64,000 bases of DNA from an uncultured Gammaproteobacteria bacterium. GTDB taxonomy: Bacteria; Patescibacteriota; Patescibacteriia; Magasanikbacterales; UBA922. The translations under genes were made by a program, and so were the position numbers. Of the stretch, positions 49,299 through 58,856 are shown in pieces. Under the pieces are notes generated by a model. That model was not told the DNA's origin. It did not search any database and worked only from the letters and a program-made list of their open reading frames with translations. The DNA is taken from positions 3,050 to 67,049 of the forward strand of contig CAZTEU010000003.1 in the NCBI GenBank assembly GCA_964612105.1. Direction: 5' to 3'. Each line of letters opens with the position of its first letter. Positions within the stretch are counted from its first letter, which is position 1.

Positions 49299-50081
49299 TT
49301 AAGAAAAGTGTCTCACCTGTCCACCATCTATTACAATCGATGATCCTGTTATAAAAGATGCGCTTTTTGAAGACAAATAAAACACAGTTTTTGCTATATC
49401 ATCAGGTTTACCAAATCTGCCTTGTGGAACATTTTCCTTTATATATTCCTCTACAGATTCTCTTGAATTGTTCCTTAATTCCTCCCACCTACCTCCAACA
49501 AAAAATATGTTTCCAGGGTGGACTATGTTTACTCTTATATTTTCTGTTGCCAACTCTTTACTAATACATTTTGCGTAGGTGTTCAAAGCAGATTTAGCTA
49601 CAGAATATGAAATTGGAGCTTTTGAGTATTCCAGACCAGCTATGGAACCAATGTAGCAAATACTAGCATTTTTTGATTTTCTAAGAAGTGGTAATAAATG
49701 GTTTGTAGTAATTATATTTCCAAAGAAATTTTGATGCATTACTTCATCCCATTCATTCTGATCTAACATCATTCCTCCTTTTGTTTTTCCATTTCCAACA
49801 CAGAAAATTGCTGTGTCAAGAACTGTAAATGTTTCATTGATTTTACTGATTAGACCCTTCAGTTCTGATGCAACAGTAATGTCAGCAGAAAATCCATAAA
49901 CACGGCCAGGATACTCACTCTTTAGCTGTCCAACAATTTTAATTAGCTTTTCTTGATTCCTACCATGAAGAATAACAGAAGATCCATTTTCTAGAAATAC
50001 CTTTGCTACTGCTAGACCAATCCCTCCAGTAGACCCAGCAACAAATACTCTTTCTTTGTTTTGTAATTCATCATCAATCAT
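49299..50081 (-). CDS. short-chain dehydrogenase/reductase (classical SDR)
   Basis: GSTGGIGLAVAK (TGxxxGxG) and YSVAKSAL (YxxxK). Confidence 0.8.
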   Translation of the reverse strand: MIDDELQNKERVFVAGSTGGIGLAVAKVFLENGSSVILHGRNQEKLIKIVGQLKSEYPGRVYGFSADITVASELKGLISKINETFTVLDTAIFCVGNGKTKGGMMLDQNEWDEVMHQNFFGNIITTNHLLPLLRKSKNASICYIGSIAGLEYSKAPISYSVAKSALNTYAKCISKELATENIRVNIVHPGNIFFVGGRWEELRNNSRESVEEYIKENVPQGRFGKPDDIAKTVFYLSSKSASFITGSSIVIDGGQVRHFS

Positions 50082-50098
50082 AATTATAAAAAATTATA

Positions 50099-50905
50099 TT
50101 ACCAGGCTGTTTGCCCACCATCAACTACCATGTTACTAGCTGTAATAAATTTGGATGCCTCAGAACATAGAAATAATATAACTCCCTGATATTCATCCGG
50201 AGTAGCAGGACGACCTAGCATATTTCTCGCACCAAGTTTTTTTAAAAATTCAGGACTCATTGAGCCGAAATTTACAGCCCCCAAAGATACAGAATTTACC
50301 CTAACACCTGGAGCCACAGACGCATAGTAAGATGCCCACGCTCTAGTAAGTCCCAATAGTGCCGTTTTAACTGTAGGATACGCAACTGACTTATACTTAC
50401 CTTTCTCGTATTTTCTATTATCTGGAGCTGTTATTGCAGACGTAGACGCTATGTTAATAACACATCCATCTTGTTTATCTATCATGTACGGCGCAACTGC
50501 CTGACTACAAAAATGAGCGCCTGTCAGACCAACAGAAAGCTCTCTATTCCACAATTCTGGTGGATATATCTCATAGGGACTAAATTGTTTATTGTCTTGC
50601 TCTCCAGCATCACTTCCAACCTTCGGGTTCATTGTTGCGTTATTTATTAATATATCAATTCTCCCATATTTTTCAACAACCTGCTTAACAGCATTCTGGA
50701 CTTGCTCGTAATCCGAAATGTCTACATTTATTTGTAATATATTATTATCTAGATCGTCAGTGTTATGAACATCAAATGAAACAGGAGTTGCTCCGGCGTC
50801 TGAAAGTATTTTTATATGTTGGACTCCAAGTCTCCCAGCCCCGCCTGTGATTATAGCAACCTTACCCTCAAGCGAGAATAATTCCATTATTTTTTCTTTA
50901 TTCAT
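50099..50905 (-). CDS. short-chain dehydrogenase/reductase (classical SDR)
   Basis: TGGAGRLGVQ, NNATMNP and a YxxxK-like YPTVKTAL. Confidence 0.78.
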   Translation of the reverse strand: MNKEKIMELFSLEGKVAIITGGAGRLGVQHIKILSDAGATPVSFDVHNTDDLDNNILQINVDISDYEQVQNAVKQVVEKYGRIDILINNATMNPKVGSDAGEQDNKQFSPYEIYPPELWNRELSVGLTGAHFCSQAVAPYMIDKQDGCVINIASTSAITAPDNRKYEKGKYKSVAYPTVKTALLGLTRAWASYYASVAPGVRVNSVSLGAVNFGSMSPEFLKKLGARNMLGRPATPDEYQGVILFLCSEASKFITASNMVVDGGQTAW

Positions 50906-50932
50906 AATAAATATAATATATAATTAATGTAA

Positions 50933-51739
50933 CTAATATGTTTTTTCAAGCCAATCTCTAACGCTATTCAAGTATTCGGTGTTAAGATCTATATCGTCAA
51001 CATTAGTGTCACGAGCGCCTTGCATTATAAATGGTCCTGAATAACCAATCTTTTTTAGCGCTGAAAATATATCAGGAAAGTTGGCATCTCCACTCCCTAT
51101 AGGTACTGATCCACCATTGATTTTTCTATCTTTTACATGTACGCCACAGATCAGATCTCCTAAAAATTCTATTTCTCTAGTAACATCGACCCCCATACTT
51201 ACCATATTTCCGATATCGTAGTACACACCTATGTTGGGATGATTAAAAGAGTATATAAAATCTTTTAGCTCACTAGCAGCCATTTCTGTTTCAACTCCCA
51301 GCACAATGTCATGTTTTTTTGCAAAATCAAGTGCTGGTCCTATGTATTTTAAAGCAGTATCTTTATCTTCTTTTGTCAAAAGAGCTCTTTCATCAAAAAA
51401 GGACAATAGAACTTTCTTAGCGCCAACCTCTGCAGACTGTTTTATTAACTCAATCAATAAATCAGTGTACTCTGGGCTCTTAATATAAAATCCATGCACT
51501 GATGGAATGGAAATATTGAACTTCTTAGACAATCGTGTTATTCTGCCTACATCGAAAGCAGACCATAATGGATTTCTTTCATAACTATCTCTTTTCACCA
51601 ACAGCTCAATACAGTCAAAGCCAACCATACTTGCAATTTCAAACTCTTTTTCCCAATTATCAAAAGGGAAAAATTGTATACTTCCATCCTTAGAGGCTGT
51701 TAGTCTGCCCTGCAAAATACCTATTTTTGGTAAACTCAT
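50933..51739 (-). CDS. sugar phosphate isomerase/epimerase (xylose-isomerase-like TIM barrel)
   Basis: AP_endonuc_2/TIM-barrel-like pattern (GFDCIEL...HG...ETE); 268 aa. Confidence 0.6.
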   Translation of the reverse strand: MSLPKIGILQGRLTASKDGSIQFFPFDNWEKEFEIASMVGFDCIELLVKRDSYERNPLWSAFDVGRITRLSKKFNISIPSVHGFYIKSPEYTDLLIELIKQSAEVGAKKVLLSFFDERALLTKEDKDTALKYIGPALDFAKKHDIVLGVETEMAASELKDFIYSFNHPNIGVYYDIGNMVSMGVDVTREIEFLGDLICGVHVKDRKINGGSVPIGSGDANFPDIFSALKKIGYSGPFIMQGARDTNVDDIDLNTEYLNSVRDWLEKTY

Positions 51740-51790
51740 ATATGAGACACGATACCATAAAAACCCATAATTATCAACACTATAATAAAT

Positions 51791-52510
51791 ATGAACATAC
51801 TAGGAATAATCCCCGCTAGAGGGGGCTCAAAAAGAATTAAAAACAAAAACATAAGACTTTTTGCAGGTAAACCTCTAATAGCTTGGAGCATAGAATCTGC
51901 ATTAAAATCTAATAGTATAGATAGGGTTTTGGTTTCTACTGACTCTGAAGAGATTGCCAAAATTGCAAATGAATATGGGGCTGAAGTTCCTTTTTTAAGA
52001 CCAAAAGAACTGGCAGAAGACACCGTCGCTACAGAACCTGTAGTTAAACATGCATATGAGTGGCTTATTAAGAATGAAAACTACACCGCAGACGCCATAG
52101 TACTACTAATGCCCACTAACCCACTTAGAACATACTCTCATATAGATGAAGGTATCAGAATATTCAAAGAAAAGAATGTAGATTCTGTAGTTTCTGTAAA
52201 TGAAACCCCTGCAAACCACACACCTTACTGGACTATAACAAAAGATGAAAACAACAATCCAGTAATGTGGGACGGTTCAAATATAAAAGATATAATTCCA
52301 AGAAGTCAGGATTTTAAAAAAGAAACGTATGGAAGGAATGATTTAGTTTATGTTCTAAAACCAAAAAATCTTCTTGAAGAGAAGAGTAATCTATACGGAG
52401 AAAAAGTCGAATTGTACATTACTGATCTTCTCCATGATGCAGACATTAACACAGAACATGAGTGGAAGTTGACAGAGTTACAATTCAAATTACTCAGAGA
52501 GCTTTCTTGA
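51791..52510 (+). CDS. second CMP-nonulosonate synthetase (acylneuraminate cytidylyltransferase family)
   Basis: LGIIPARGGSKRIKNKNIRLFAGKPLIAW. Paralog of 47201..47935, on the opposite strand. Confidence 0.85.
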   Translation: MNILGIIPARGGSKRIKNKNIRLFAGKPLIAWSIESALKSNSIDRVLVSTDSEEIAKIANEYGAEVPFLRPKELAEDTVATEPVVKHAYEWLIKNENYTADAIVLLMPTNPLRTYSHIDEGIRIFKEKNVDSVVSVNETPANHTPYWTITKDENNNPVMWDGSNIKDIIPRSQDFKKETYGRNDLVYVLKPKNLLEEKSNLYGEKVELYITDLLHDADINTEHEWKLTELQFKLLRELS

Positions 52511-53923
52511 GATAATTGCTACGTGATTTTTTATATTTTGTGTTACATCTATACACGACAAACCTTTATTGTATGGATCACGGAATGCACTAAGTACAAC
52601 ACTTTGAAAACTTCCTAGGAAATTTATTATTTTTTGATGATCAACTCTAAAACCTTTTTCTATTTCACTTATGGCTTTTGAACAAGATTCAATATTATTT
52701 GCCTGAAATATCCCGTGACACCCTCTATACCAAGGGTATCCAAATATTATACCTGGCTTTCCCCTAAGTACCCCTTCCCAGGGTGATGTACCTCCCACAC
52801 TAGCTACAGCGATAGCTTTCTCAGAAAGAGTAAAAGTGTCTGTACTAACAGGTACTAAGTAAACATTTTTTAACTTTGCTATATCTCTATAAAAACCCTC
52901 GTAGCGATAGCTGAAATATATTAAACCTCGTGGCTTCCATTGAAATGGATGTTCCTTTACATATATAATCCAATCTTTTGGTAAACAGTATGACAGCATT
53001 TCTATCATTAGTAATTGATCTACAAAAATTCCACCTAACGGACTAGTAGTGCACTCAGGTTGATAGTGTAGGGTTACGTATATATATTTTTTTGAAAAGT
53101 CAGGCTCTACCTGAAGAGCTTGATATTCCTTTTTCAAATTTCCCTTCTTCCATCTTAATACTCTATTAAATAGTTTTTCGAAAAAAGTACCATCGTGAAT
53201 ACTCTTTTTAAAGACCTTCGATTTAATCTTAACCGTCTTTATGATAGAGTACTCAGACATAAATTGTTTAACTATCTGAGGAGTTGAAGACTCTTCTGGA
53301 TTCATTTGATTCTCATAATACTTTCTAACATCTGAATCAAAATCACTGACAGAGTAACTTTTTTCATGGTCAGCTTCTAGCTGTTTTATTAAGTCGGAAG
53401 AACCCTCCCTATAATCATCCATAACAATTGAACGATCATATACTGCAGTCAATTCAAAAATTATAGTCTTTATCCCATACATTTTAGCCAAGCCATATAT
53501 AACCAGGTCGTAAATTGTGTGCGGAGCAGAGGGGCAAACAATGGCGTCTGGCTTGTACTTTTTAATTACACCATCCCAGTATTTAAGATATCTGTAATAT
53601 AGATGTTTTTTCTGGTTCTCTGACATCCATTCATACCTCTTATTCATCATTACAAGAAGCGTAGATTCAGTCTCGTACATTTGTTTTATTAGGTTTTCAG
53701 AAGGTGGTGGAAATCCTGAGTCATCAACATCTGGAGACCCTATTCCAGCACGAGCGTCATGATAGTCATGAAAAATTGTATCTGGAAATTCATTTTTATT
53801 TACATTTGATTCCAACTTTGGCCCAGACCAATAAACTATGTCATGAGATTGTTTTCTAATCTCCTTTACTACATCAGTAAGCCCAAATTCTTTACCGCTC
53901 CACTCAATAAAAAAAAGTCTCAT
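52490..53923 (-). CDS. putative GT-B-fold glycosyl- or glycerophosphotransferase (TagF/KpsC/sialyltransferase-like); candidate nonulosonate transferase
   Basis: The C-terminal region IAVASVGGTSPWEGVLRGKPGIIFG resembles TagF/capsule GT-B C-domains. It is paralogous to the partial ORF at 63476..64000. No firm family assignment. Confidence 0.4.
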   Translation of the reverse strand: MRLFFIEWSGKEFGLTDVVKEIRKQSHDIVYWSGPKLESNVNKNEFPDTIFHDYHDARAGIGSPDVDDSGFPPPSENLIKQMYETESTLLVMMNKRYEWMSENQKKHLYYRYLKYWDGVIKKYKPDAIVCPSAPHTIYDLVIYGLAKMYGIKTIIFELTAVYDRSIVMDDYREGSSDLIKQLEADHEKSYSVSDFDSDVRKYYENQMNPEESSTPQIVKQFMSEYSIIKTVKIKSKVFKKSIHDGTFFEKLFNRVLRWKKGNLKKEYQALQVEPDFSKKYIYVTLHYQPECTTSPLGGIFVDQLLMIEMLSYCLPKDWIIYVKEHPFQWKPRGLIYFSYRYEGFYRDIAKLKNVYLVPVSTDTFTLSEKAIAVASVGGTSPWEGVLRGKPGIIFGYPWYRGCHGIFQANNIESCSKAISEIEKGFRVDHQKIINFLGSFQSVVLSAFRDPYNKGLSCIDVTQNIKNHVAIISRKLSE

Positions 53924-53931
53924 AGAAAGAA

Positions 53932-55710
53932 TTATCTTAAATTGTACATTCTAAACAGATAGCTACTTTTATCTTTAAGAAGTTCTTGGGGATTACCCTT
54001 TTCAATTATTTTCCCTTTTTCAATAACAATCAAATTGTCTGCTGTCATTACTGTTGAGAGCCTATGCGCTATTGAAATGACAGTAACCTTTCCCTTAAGT
54101 CCATTTATAGCCTCTTGTATTAACACTTCAGATTCATTATCAAGTGCGCTTGTTGCTTCATCCAACACCAGTATCTCAGGATTAGTTGCAAGTACACGAG
54201 CAAGTACAATTCTCTGTCTTTGTCCACCTGAAAGTTTTATTCCACGCTCCCCTACTTGCGTTTCAAATTGATCTGGCAACTCTTGTATGAAATCGTATAT
54301 ATTTGCCATTTTTGCTGATCTAATAATGTCTTCTTGGGATGTGTTTTTATTGTAAAACTTAATGTTATTTCCTATTGTATCATTTACCAAAAATGAGTCT
54401 TGAGAAACATATCCAATGTTAGTTCTCCACTCACTAAGCTTAATAGCATCTATTTTATTTCCATCAATAAGTATTTCTCCTTCACTTGTTCCAAATAGTC
54501 TAAGTATTAAATCTGTTATTGTGGTTTTACCAGATCCAGATGGACCTATTATGCCCACAATGTCTCCCTTTTTGATTAGAAAGCTAATATCTTCCAAAAT
54601 AGTACTGTGAGCGTCATAAGAGAAATTTACATTCTTGAATTCTATGCTTTTCTTAAATTTGAAATCTCCCTTACCAACGCTTTCCTCTTTTTCATTCCTA
54701 GATTTTTGTTTGTACTCTACTATGGCAGATAAATAGGGAACAAATGAGCTTATCTGGTGTAATTGAACCTGAGCAATCTGCACATTGCCAAACACTTTGT
54801 TTATAGCATAGACAATAACAGCAAAAGATGCGAAGCTAAAGGCTGCTGTCTTGTAAAAATAAGAAAAAATTCCTACAACTAGTATTAGACCAAGCGGCTG
54901 CAACAAGGCACTAGTTGAATTTCTTAGAAAAACCATCTTCATTGTAAGATGTTTCATGTTCTCAAAATACTTACTACCCTGTTTTGCTACTTGCTTCTCC
55001 AAAGACATTGACTTAATTGCCTTGCTTCCAATTAAGGCCTCATCCACGTAGTGAGCCATTTCTTTATATAGCCCATTAACCTCTTTTGAGATTACTTTGT
55101 TTTTGTAAAATAATGGTTTAAATATTAAGAAAACTATAAATCCAAAAATTACCGTTATTAGGGCAATTACAGGTGATACGTTAAACGCTAATAATGTGTA
55201 TATTATTAGGTTTGATATTGTAATTAGCGACATACTTATGTAAGTCAACAGGGCTGAGCTTTTACTTACATCCGTAGTCAATACTTGATTTAAATATCCA
55301 GTTTTCTGCCTGGAAAGATGTGACCAGCTACTTTTCATGGTTGCACCAAACAATTCAATTCTTGTGTTTTTTTCGTAGGAAGTTGTTATGTGAGCAGATA
55401 TTTGACTTGAAACAAAAAGTAATACTGCCTTAAATATAAATAAAGATATAACAAAAATTAGCAAAAATTTTAATGTGTAAGGTAAGTGGAAGAGAAGAAA
55501 AAACTTCTCAATGAATTGAGAAATTAAATCACCAGAACCACCATGTCCTTTGTTTACAAAAGAAAAAACAGGTATCACCGCTGTAATACCAAAACCTTCT
55601 AGTATTCCACCTATAAAACTTAAGCCGCCTAAAAGAACTATGTGCCAATAATAACCCCCATATTCTTTTTTAGCTAAAATGTACAAGTTCTTTAATGATC
55701 TAAATTTCAT
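53932..55710 (-). CDS. ABC transporter, fused permease/ATP-binding exporter (MsbA/type I exporter-like)
   Basis: 6 TM helices plus an NBD with Walker A GPSGSGKTT, signature LSGGQRQR and Walker B ILVLDEATSALD. Confidence 0.9.
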   Translation of the reverse strand: MKFRSLKNLYILAKKEYGGYYWHIVLLGGLSFIGGILEGFGITAVIPVFSFVNKGHGGSGDLISQFIEKFFLLFHLPYTLKFLLIFVISLFIFKAVLLFVSSQISAHITTSYEKNTRIELFGATMKSSWSHLSRQKTGYLNQVLTTDVSKSSALLTYISMSLITISNLIIYTLLAFNVSPVIALITVIFGFIVFLIFKPLFYKNKVISKEVNGLYKEMAHYVDEALIGSKAIKSMSLEKQVAKQGSKYFENMKHLTMKMVFLRNSTSALLQPLGLILVVGIFSYFYKTAAFSFASFAVIVYAINKVFGNVQIAQVQLHQISSFVPYLSAIVEYKQKSRNEKEESVGKGDFKFKKSIEFKNVNFSYDAHSTILEDISFLIKKGDIVGIIGPSGSGKTTITDLILRLFGTSEGEILIDGNKIDAIKLSEWRTNIGYVSQDSFLVNDTIGNNIKFYNKNTSQEDIIRSAKMANIYDFIQELPDQFETQVGERGIKLSGGQRQRIVLARVLATNPEILVLDEATSALDNESEVLIQEAINGLKGKVTVISIAHRLSTVMTADNLIVIEKGKIIEKGNPQELLKDKSSYLFRMYNLR

Positions 55711-55722
55711 AGAGATATGAAA

Positions 55723-56370
55723 TTAATAATTGTGGAACATGTTTTGCACACTGTCCTTTGTGTGTTCTACATTAGTAGCGCCTTCTTCTGACCAAAAAAC
55801 TTTTTGCTCCACAATGTCGCACATAATATGACCTATTGCTATGTGAGATTCTTGTATCCTTGGAATTTCGCTTGATGGTACTACTATCGCCACATCCACA
55901 ATGTCTTTCAATTTTCCTCCACCGGATCCTATAAGACCTATAACTTTTAGTCCTCGCTCTTTAGAGAACTTTGCAGCTTCTAATATATTGCCTGAATTTC
56001 CACTGGTTGTAATAGCTATGACAATATCAGAAGGGTGGTTTGCAAAAGCTTCTATTTGTCTTGAAAAAATTGTGCAATCACTACCCTCGTCATTAGTAAT
56101 GGATGTTAATATAGATGTATTTGTAGTAAGAGCTAGTGCAGGAAGAGCTCTTCTACCCTTAATCTTAAACTTTGCTACCCACTCTCCAGCTATGTGCTGA
56201 GCATCTGCTGCACTTCCACCGTTCCCAATTATAAAAACTTTTCCTCCAGAAAGGAAAGAGTCAACGATAATATTACACGCCATCTCAATGCTGTCTGATT
56301 CTAATTCAGCCAACTTTATTTTTATTTCAGCGCTTTTCTTTAATTGCTCTACTATCAAATCCTTAATCAT
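55723..56370 (-). CDS. SIS-domain sugar phosphate isomerase (GmhA/PtmF-like)
   Basis: GGKVFIIGNGGSAADAQHIAGE SIS motif; 215 aa. Confidence 0.8.
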   Translation of the reverse strand: MIKDLIVEQLKKSAEIKIKLAELESDSIEMACNIIVDSFLSGGKVFIIGNGGSAADAQHIAGEWVAKFKIKGRRALPALALTTNTSILTSITNDEGSDCTIFSRQIEAFANHPSDIVIAITTSGNSGNILEAAKFSKERGLKVIGLIGSGGGKLKDIVDVAIVVPSSEIPRIQESHIAIGHIMCDIVEQKVFWSEEGATNVEHTKDSVQNMFHNY

Positions 56371-56388
56371 AAACAGGTCTTTTATTTT

Positions 56389-57345
56389 CTAGAAGTCTAC
56401 TTTTCTACGAAGTTTTTTTATGATTGGTAATTCATCGTCTAGTACTTTTTTATAACCATCTCCAAATGCTTTTCTGTATCTTTGTATATTTCCAGCCATA
56501 AGTTTAAGCCCTGAAGGTTCTAGACTTGCTGACTGGTCTGAACCCCACATTGTTCTATCAAGTGTTATATGGCGCTCAACACAAACTGCGCCTAGTGCAG
56601 CTGCACATACTGACATGGTTGTTCCATGCTCATGGCCACTATACCCAATTGGCACGTCAGGAAACTCTCTCTTAAGAGTCTGAATCATAGATAGATTAAG
56701 ATCTTCGTCCTTTGTAGGATATGTAGAAACACAATGCAAAATTACAAGATTATCCGTTCCAACAATTCTTACAGCTTCATGCACTTGCTCCATAGTACTT
56801 AATCCTGTCGAAAGTATTATCGGTTTACCTTTTGATCTTGTATGTCTTAGTAGTCCAGAGTCTGTCATAGATGCTGACCCTATCTTGTAGCACGGAGGAT
56901 TGAATTGATCTATATCATCAACACTTTTCTCATCCCAACAAGAAGCGAAACACAATATTCCCCTACCTTCACAATATTTGAATAAATCCTTATATTCCTC
57001 AATGCTAAACTCAAGGGCATATTTCAAATCCCCATTGGTTGTGTTGTTAATATCCTGATTTAATCTCTCCACTGACTCAGAAGGTAGTACACCTCTTGCT
57101 ATTGCGTTATGTATAATATTTGCTGGAACTTCTCTCGGCTTATCTAATTCTTCCTTTGAATAAACAACATCTATTGTTCTCTTCTGAAATTTTATTGCAT
57201 TACACCCCGCCTCTACAGCAATATCTATTAGTAACTTAGCTGTATTAATTTTTCCATTATGATTAATACCAATTTCTCCAATAATAAACACAGGGTTATT
57301 ACCACCAACCATTTGTCCTCCGAAATTAACTTCTCTCATAAACAT
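56389..57345 (-). CDS. second nonulosonic acid synthase (NeuB family, short form lacking a long SAF domain)
   Basis: PVFIIGEIGINHNGKINTAKLLIDIAVEAGCNAIKFQ; 318 aa. Confidence 0.8.
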   Translation of the reverse strand: MFMREVNFGGQMVGGNNPVFIIGEIGINHNGKINTAKLLIDIAVEAGCNAIKFQKRTIDVVYSKEELDKPREVPANIIHNAIARGVLPSESVERLNQDINNTTNGDLKYALEFSIEEYKDLFKYCEGRGILCFASCWDEKSVDDIDQFNPPCYKIGSASMTDSGLLRHTRSKGKPIILSTGLSTMEQVHEAVRIVGTDNLVILHCVSTYPTKDEDLNLSMIQTLKREFPDVPIGYSGHEHGTTMSVCAAALGAVCVERHITLDRTMWGSDQSASLEPSGLKLMAGNIQRYRKAFGDGYKKVLDDELPIIKKLRRKVDF

Positions 57346-57420
57346 ATATATTTAATACTAATCCGTGTTAGATTACACTAATACAAGAATTACGTCAAAC
57401 AGATTTATTTAAGGCTTTTT

Positions 57421-58065
57421 TCAGCTTTCAACTATATTAATAAAATTTCTAATGATGGAAAGACCTACCTTACCACTCTTTTCAGGGTGAAATTGACACC
57501 CATAAATGTTACCCTTCTTGACGGTTGAGCAAAACGACATTCCACCATATTTTGTAGTTGATAGAATGTTATTTTCATTTTCTGTCTCTATATAATACGA
57601 ATGAACAAAATACACACTGTCCCCTTTTTCAGCACCTTCCAAAATAGTGTCATTCCAAGAACCGTCATTCAAGGACTCTAGAGAGTTCCAACCTATATGA
57701 GGTATTTTTTCCACACAGTTCTCACTATCAAACTTAATGACCTTACCAGGAATTATTCCTAGACCTTGATGTATTCCAAATTCATGACCCTCAGAAAGAA
57801 GAAGTTGTGCACCCACACAAATTCCAAGTAATGGTTTATTGTCTCTAGCTATTTCCTTTATTGTTTCCTCCAATTCACGCTCTCTCAAACCCTTCATTGC
57901 AGTAGCAAAAGCACCAACACCAGGAAGAATAACTCCGTCAGCATTTTTAATAGTATCATTGTCACTTGAAAGAATTGCATCTTTCCCAAAATTAGAAAAG
58001 ACCTTCTTAATACTGTGAATATTTCCAATATCGTAGTCTACTATGACAATTCTCTTATCCTTCAT
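57421..58065 (-). CDS. class I glutamine amidotransferase, HisH paralog (partner of the sugar amidotransferase)
   Basis: GVGAF, GICVGAQLL (catalytic Cys) and HPEKSG, in LPS/glycan context rather than a his operon. Confidence 0.85.
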   Translation of the reverse strand: MKDKRIVIVDYDIGNIHSIKKVFSNFGKDAILSSDNDTIKNADGVILPGVGAFATAMKGLRERELEETIKEIARDNKPLLGICVGAQLLLSEGHEFGIHQGLGIIPGKVIKFDSENCVEKIPHIGWNSLESLNDGSWNDTILEGAEKGDSVYFVHSYYIETENENNILSTTKYGGMSFCSTVKKGNIYGCQFHPEKSGKVGLSIIRNFINIVES

Positions 58066-58825
58066 ATCTTACATTAATATTTTTCTCAATTAAGTGCTTT
58101 TTTATGTCGTTAATTGAATATTCCTTATAATGGAACAAAGACGATAGTGCAACTGCATCGGCTTTACCTTTTATAATAACATCTTCTACAGACAATGGAC
58201 TTCCGGCACCTCCGTGCGCAATAACAGGAATCGGCGCAATAGATGAGATTTTTTCAACTATACTTGTGTCATACCCCTGCCTTGTTCCTTCTTTATCAAT
58301 AGAGCTTAATAGTATTTCTCCAACACCCAGCTCTATCCCCCTTTTTGCCCAAGATATTGCATCTACACCAGTATGCTCTCTACCCCCATCTGTGTATGCT
58401 TCCCACATACCATTATTTTGTTTTTTCGCCTCAATAAATAGTACAACACACTGCGATCCAAACTCTTGCACTGCTTTGGTTAAGAAATCAGGATTATGAA
58501 TTGCGTATGTGTTTATCGCCACCTTGTCAGCACCAGCACGAAGGGCATTTTTTACATCTTGAATTGACCGTATACCGCCACCAACTGTTACCGGAATAAA
58601 AACACCATCTGTAACGGATTTTAATTGGTCGAAATCAATGTTTCTTTGATACAAACTTGCAACAATATCTAGATATATTATTTCATCAGCACCATCTTTG
58701 TAATATCTGTCTATAAAAACCTTCGGGCTACCCATAACGCGAAGAGCTTCTGTCTGCATTGGTTTTACTAAGTTGACACCTTTTATATCAAGGCGTGGTA
58801 TTATGCGAATATTTTTTTCGTGCAT
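58055..58825 (-). CDS. HisF paralog (imidazole glycerol phosphate synthase cyclase-like subunit; glycan amidotransferase complex)
   Basis: (beta/alpha)8 HisA/HisF pattern: RIIPRLDIKG...VGGGIRS...AHGGAG. Overlaps the HisH paralog by 11 bp. Confidence 0.85.
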   Translation of the reverse strand: MHEKNIRIIPRLDIKGVNLVKPMQTEALRVMGSPKVFIDRYYKDGADEIIYLDIVASLYQRNIDFDQLKSVTDGVFIPVTVGGGIRSIQDVKNALRAGADKVAINTYAIHNPDFLTKAVQEFGSQCVVLFIEAKKQNNGMWEAYTDGGREHTGVDAISWAKRGIELGVGEILLSSIDKEGTRQGYDTSIVEKISSIAPIPVIAHGGAGSPLSVEDVIIKGKADAVALSSLFHYKEYSINDIKKHLIEKNINVRYEG

Positions 58826-58856
58826 ATCATAATATAAATCTACACCACAAATCAGT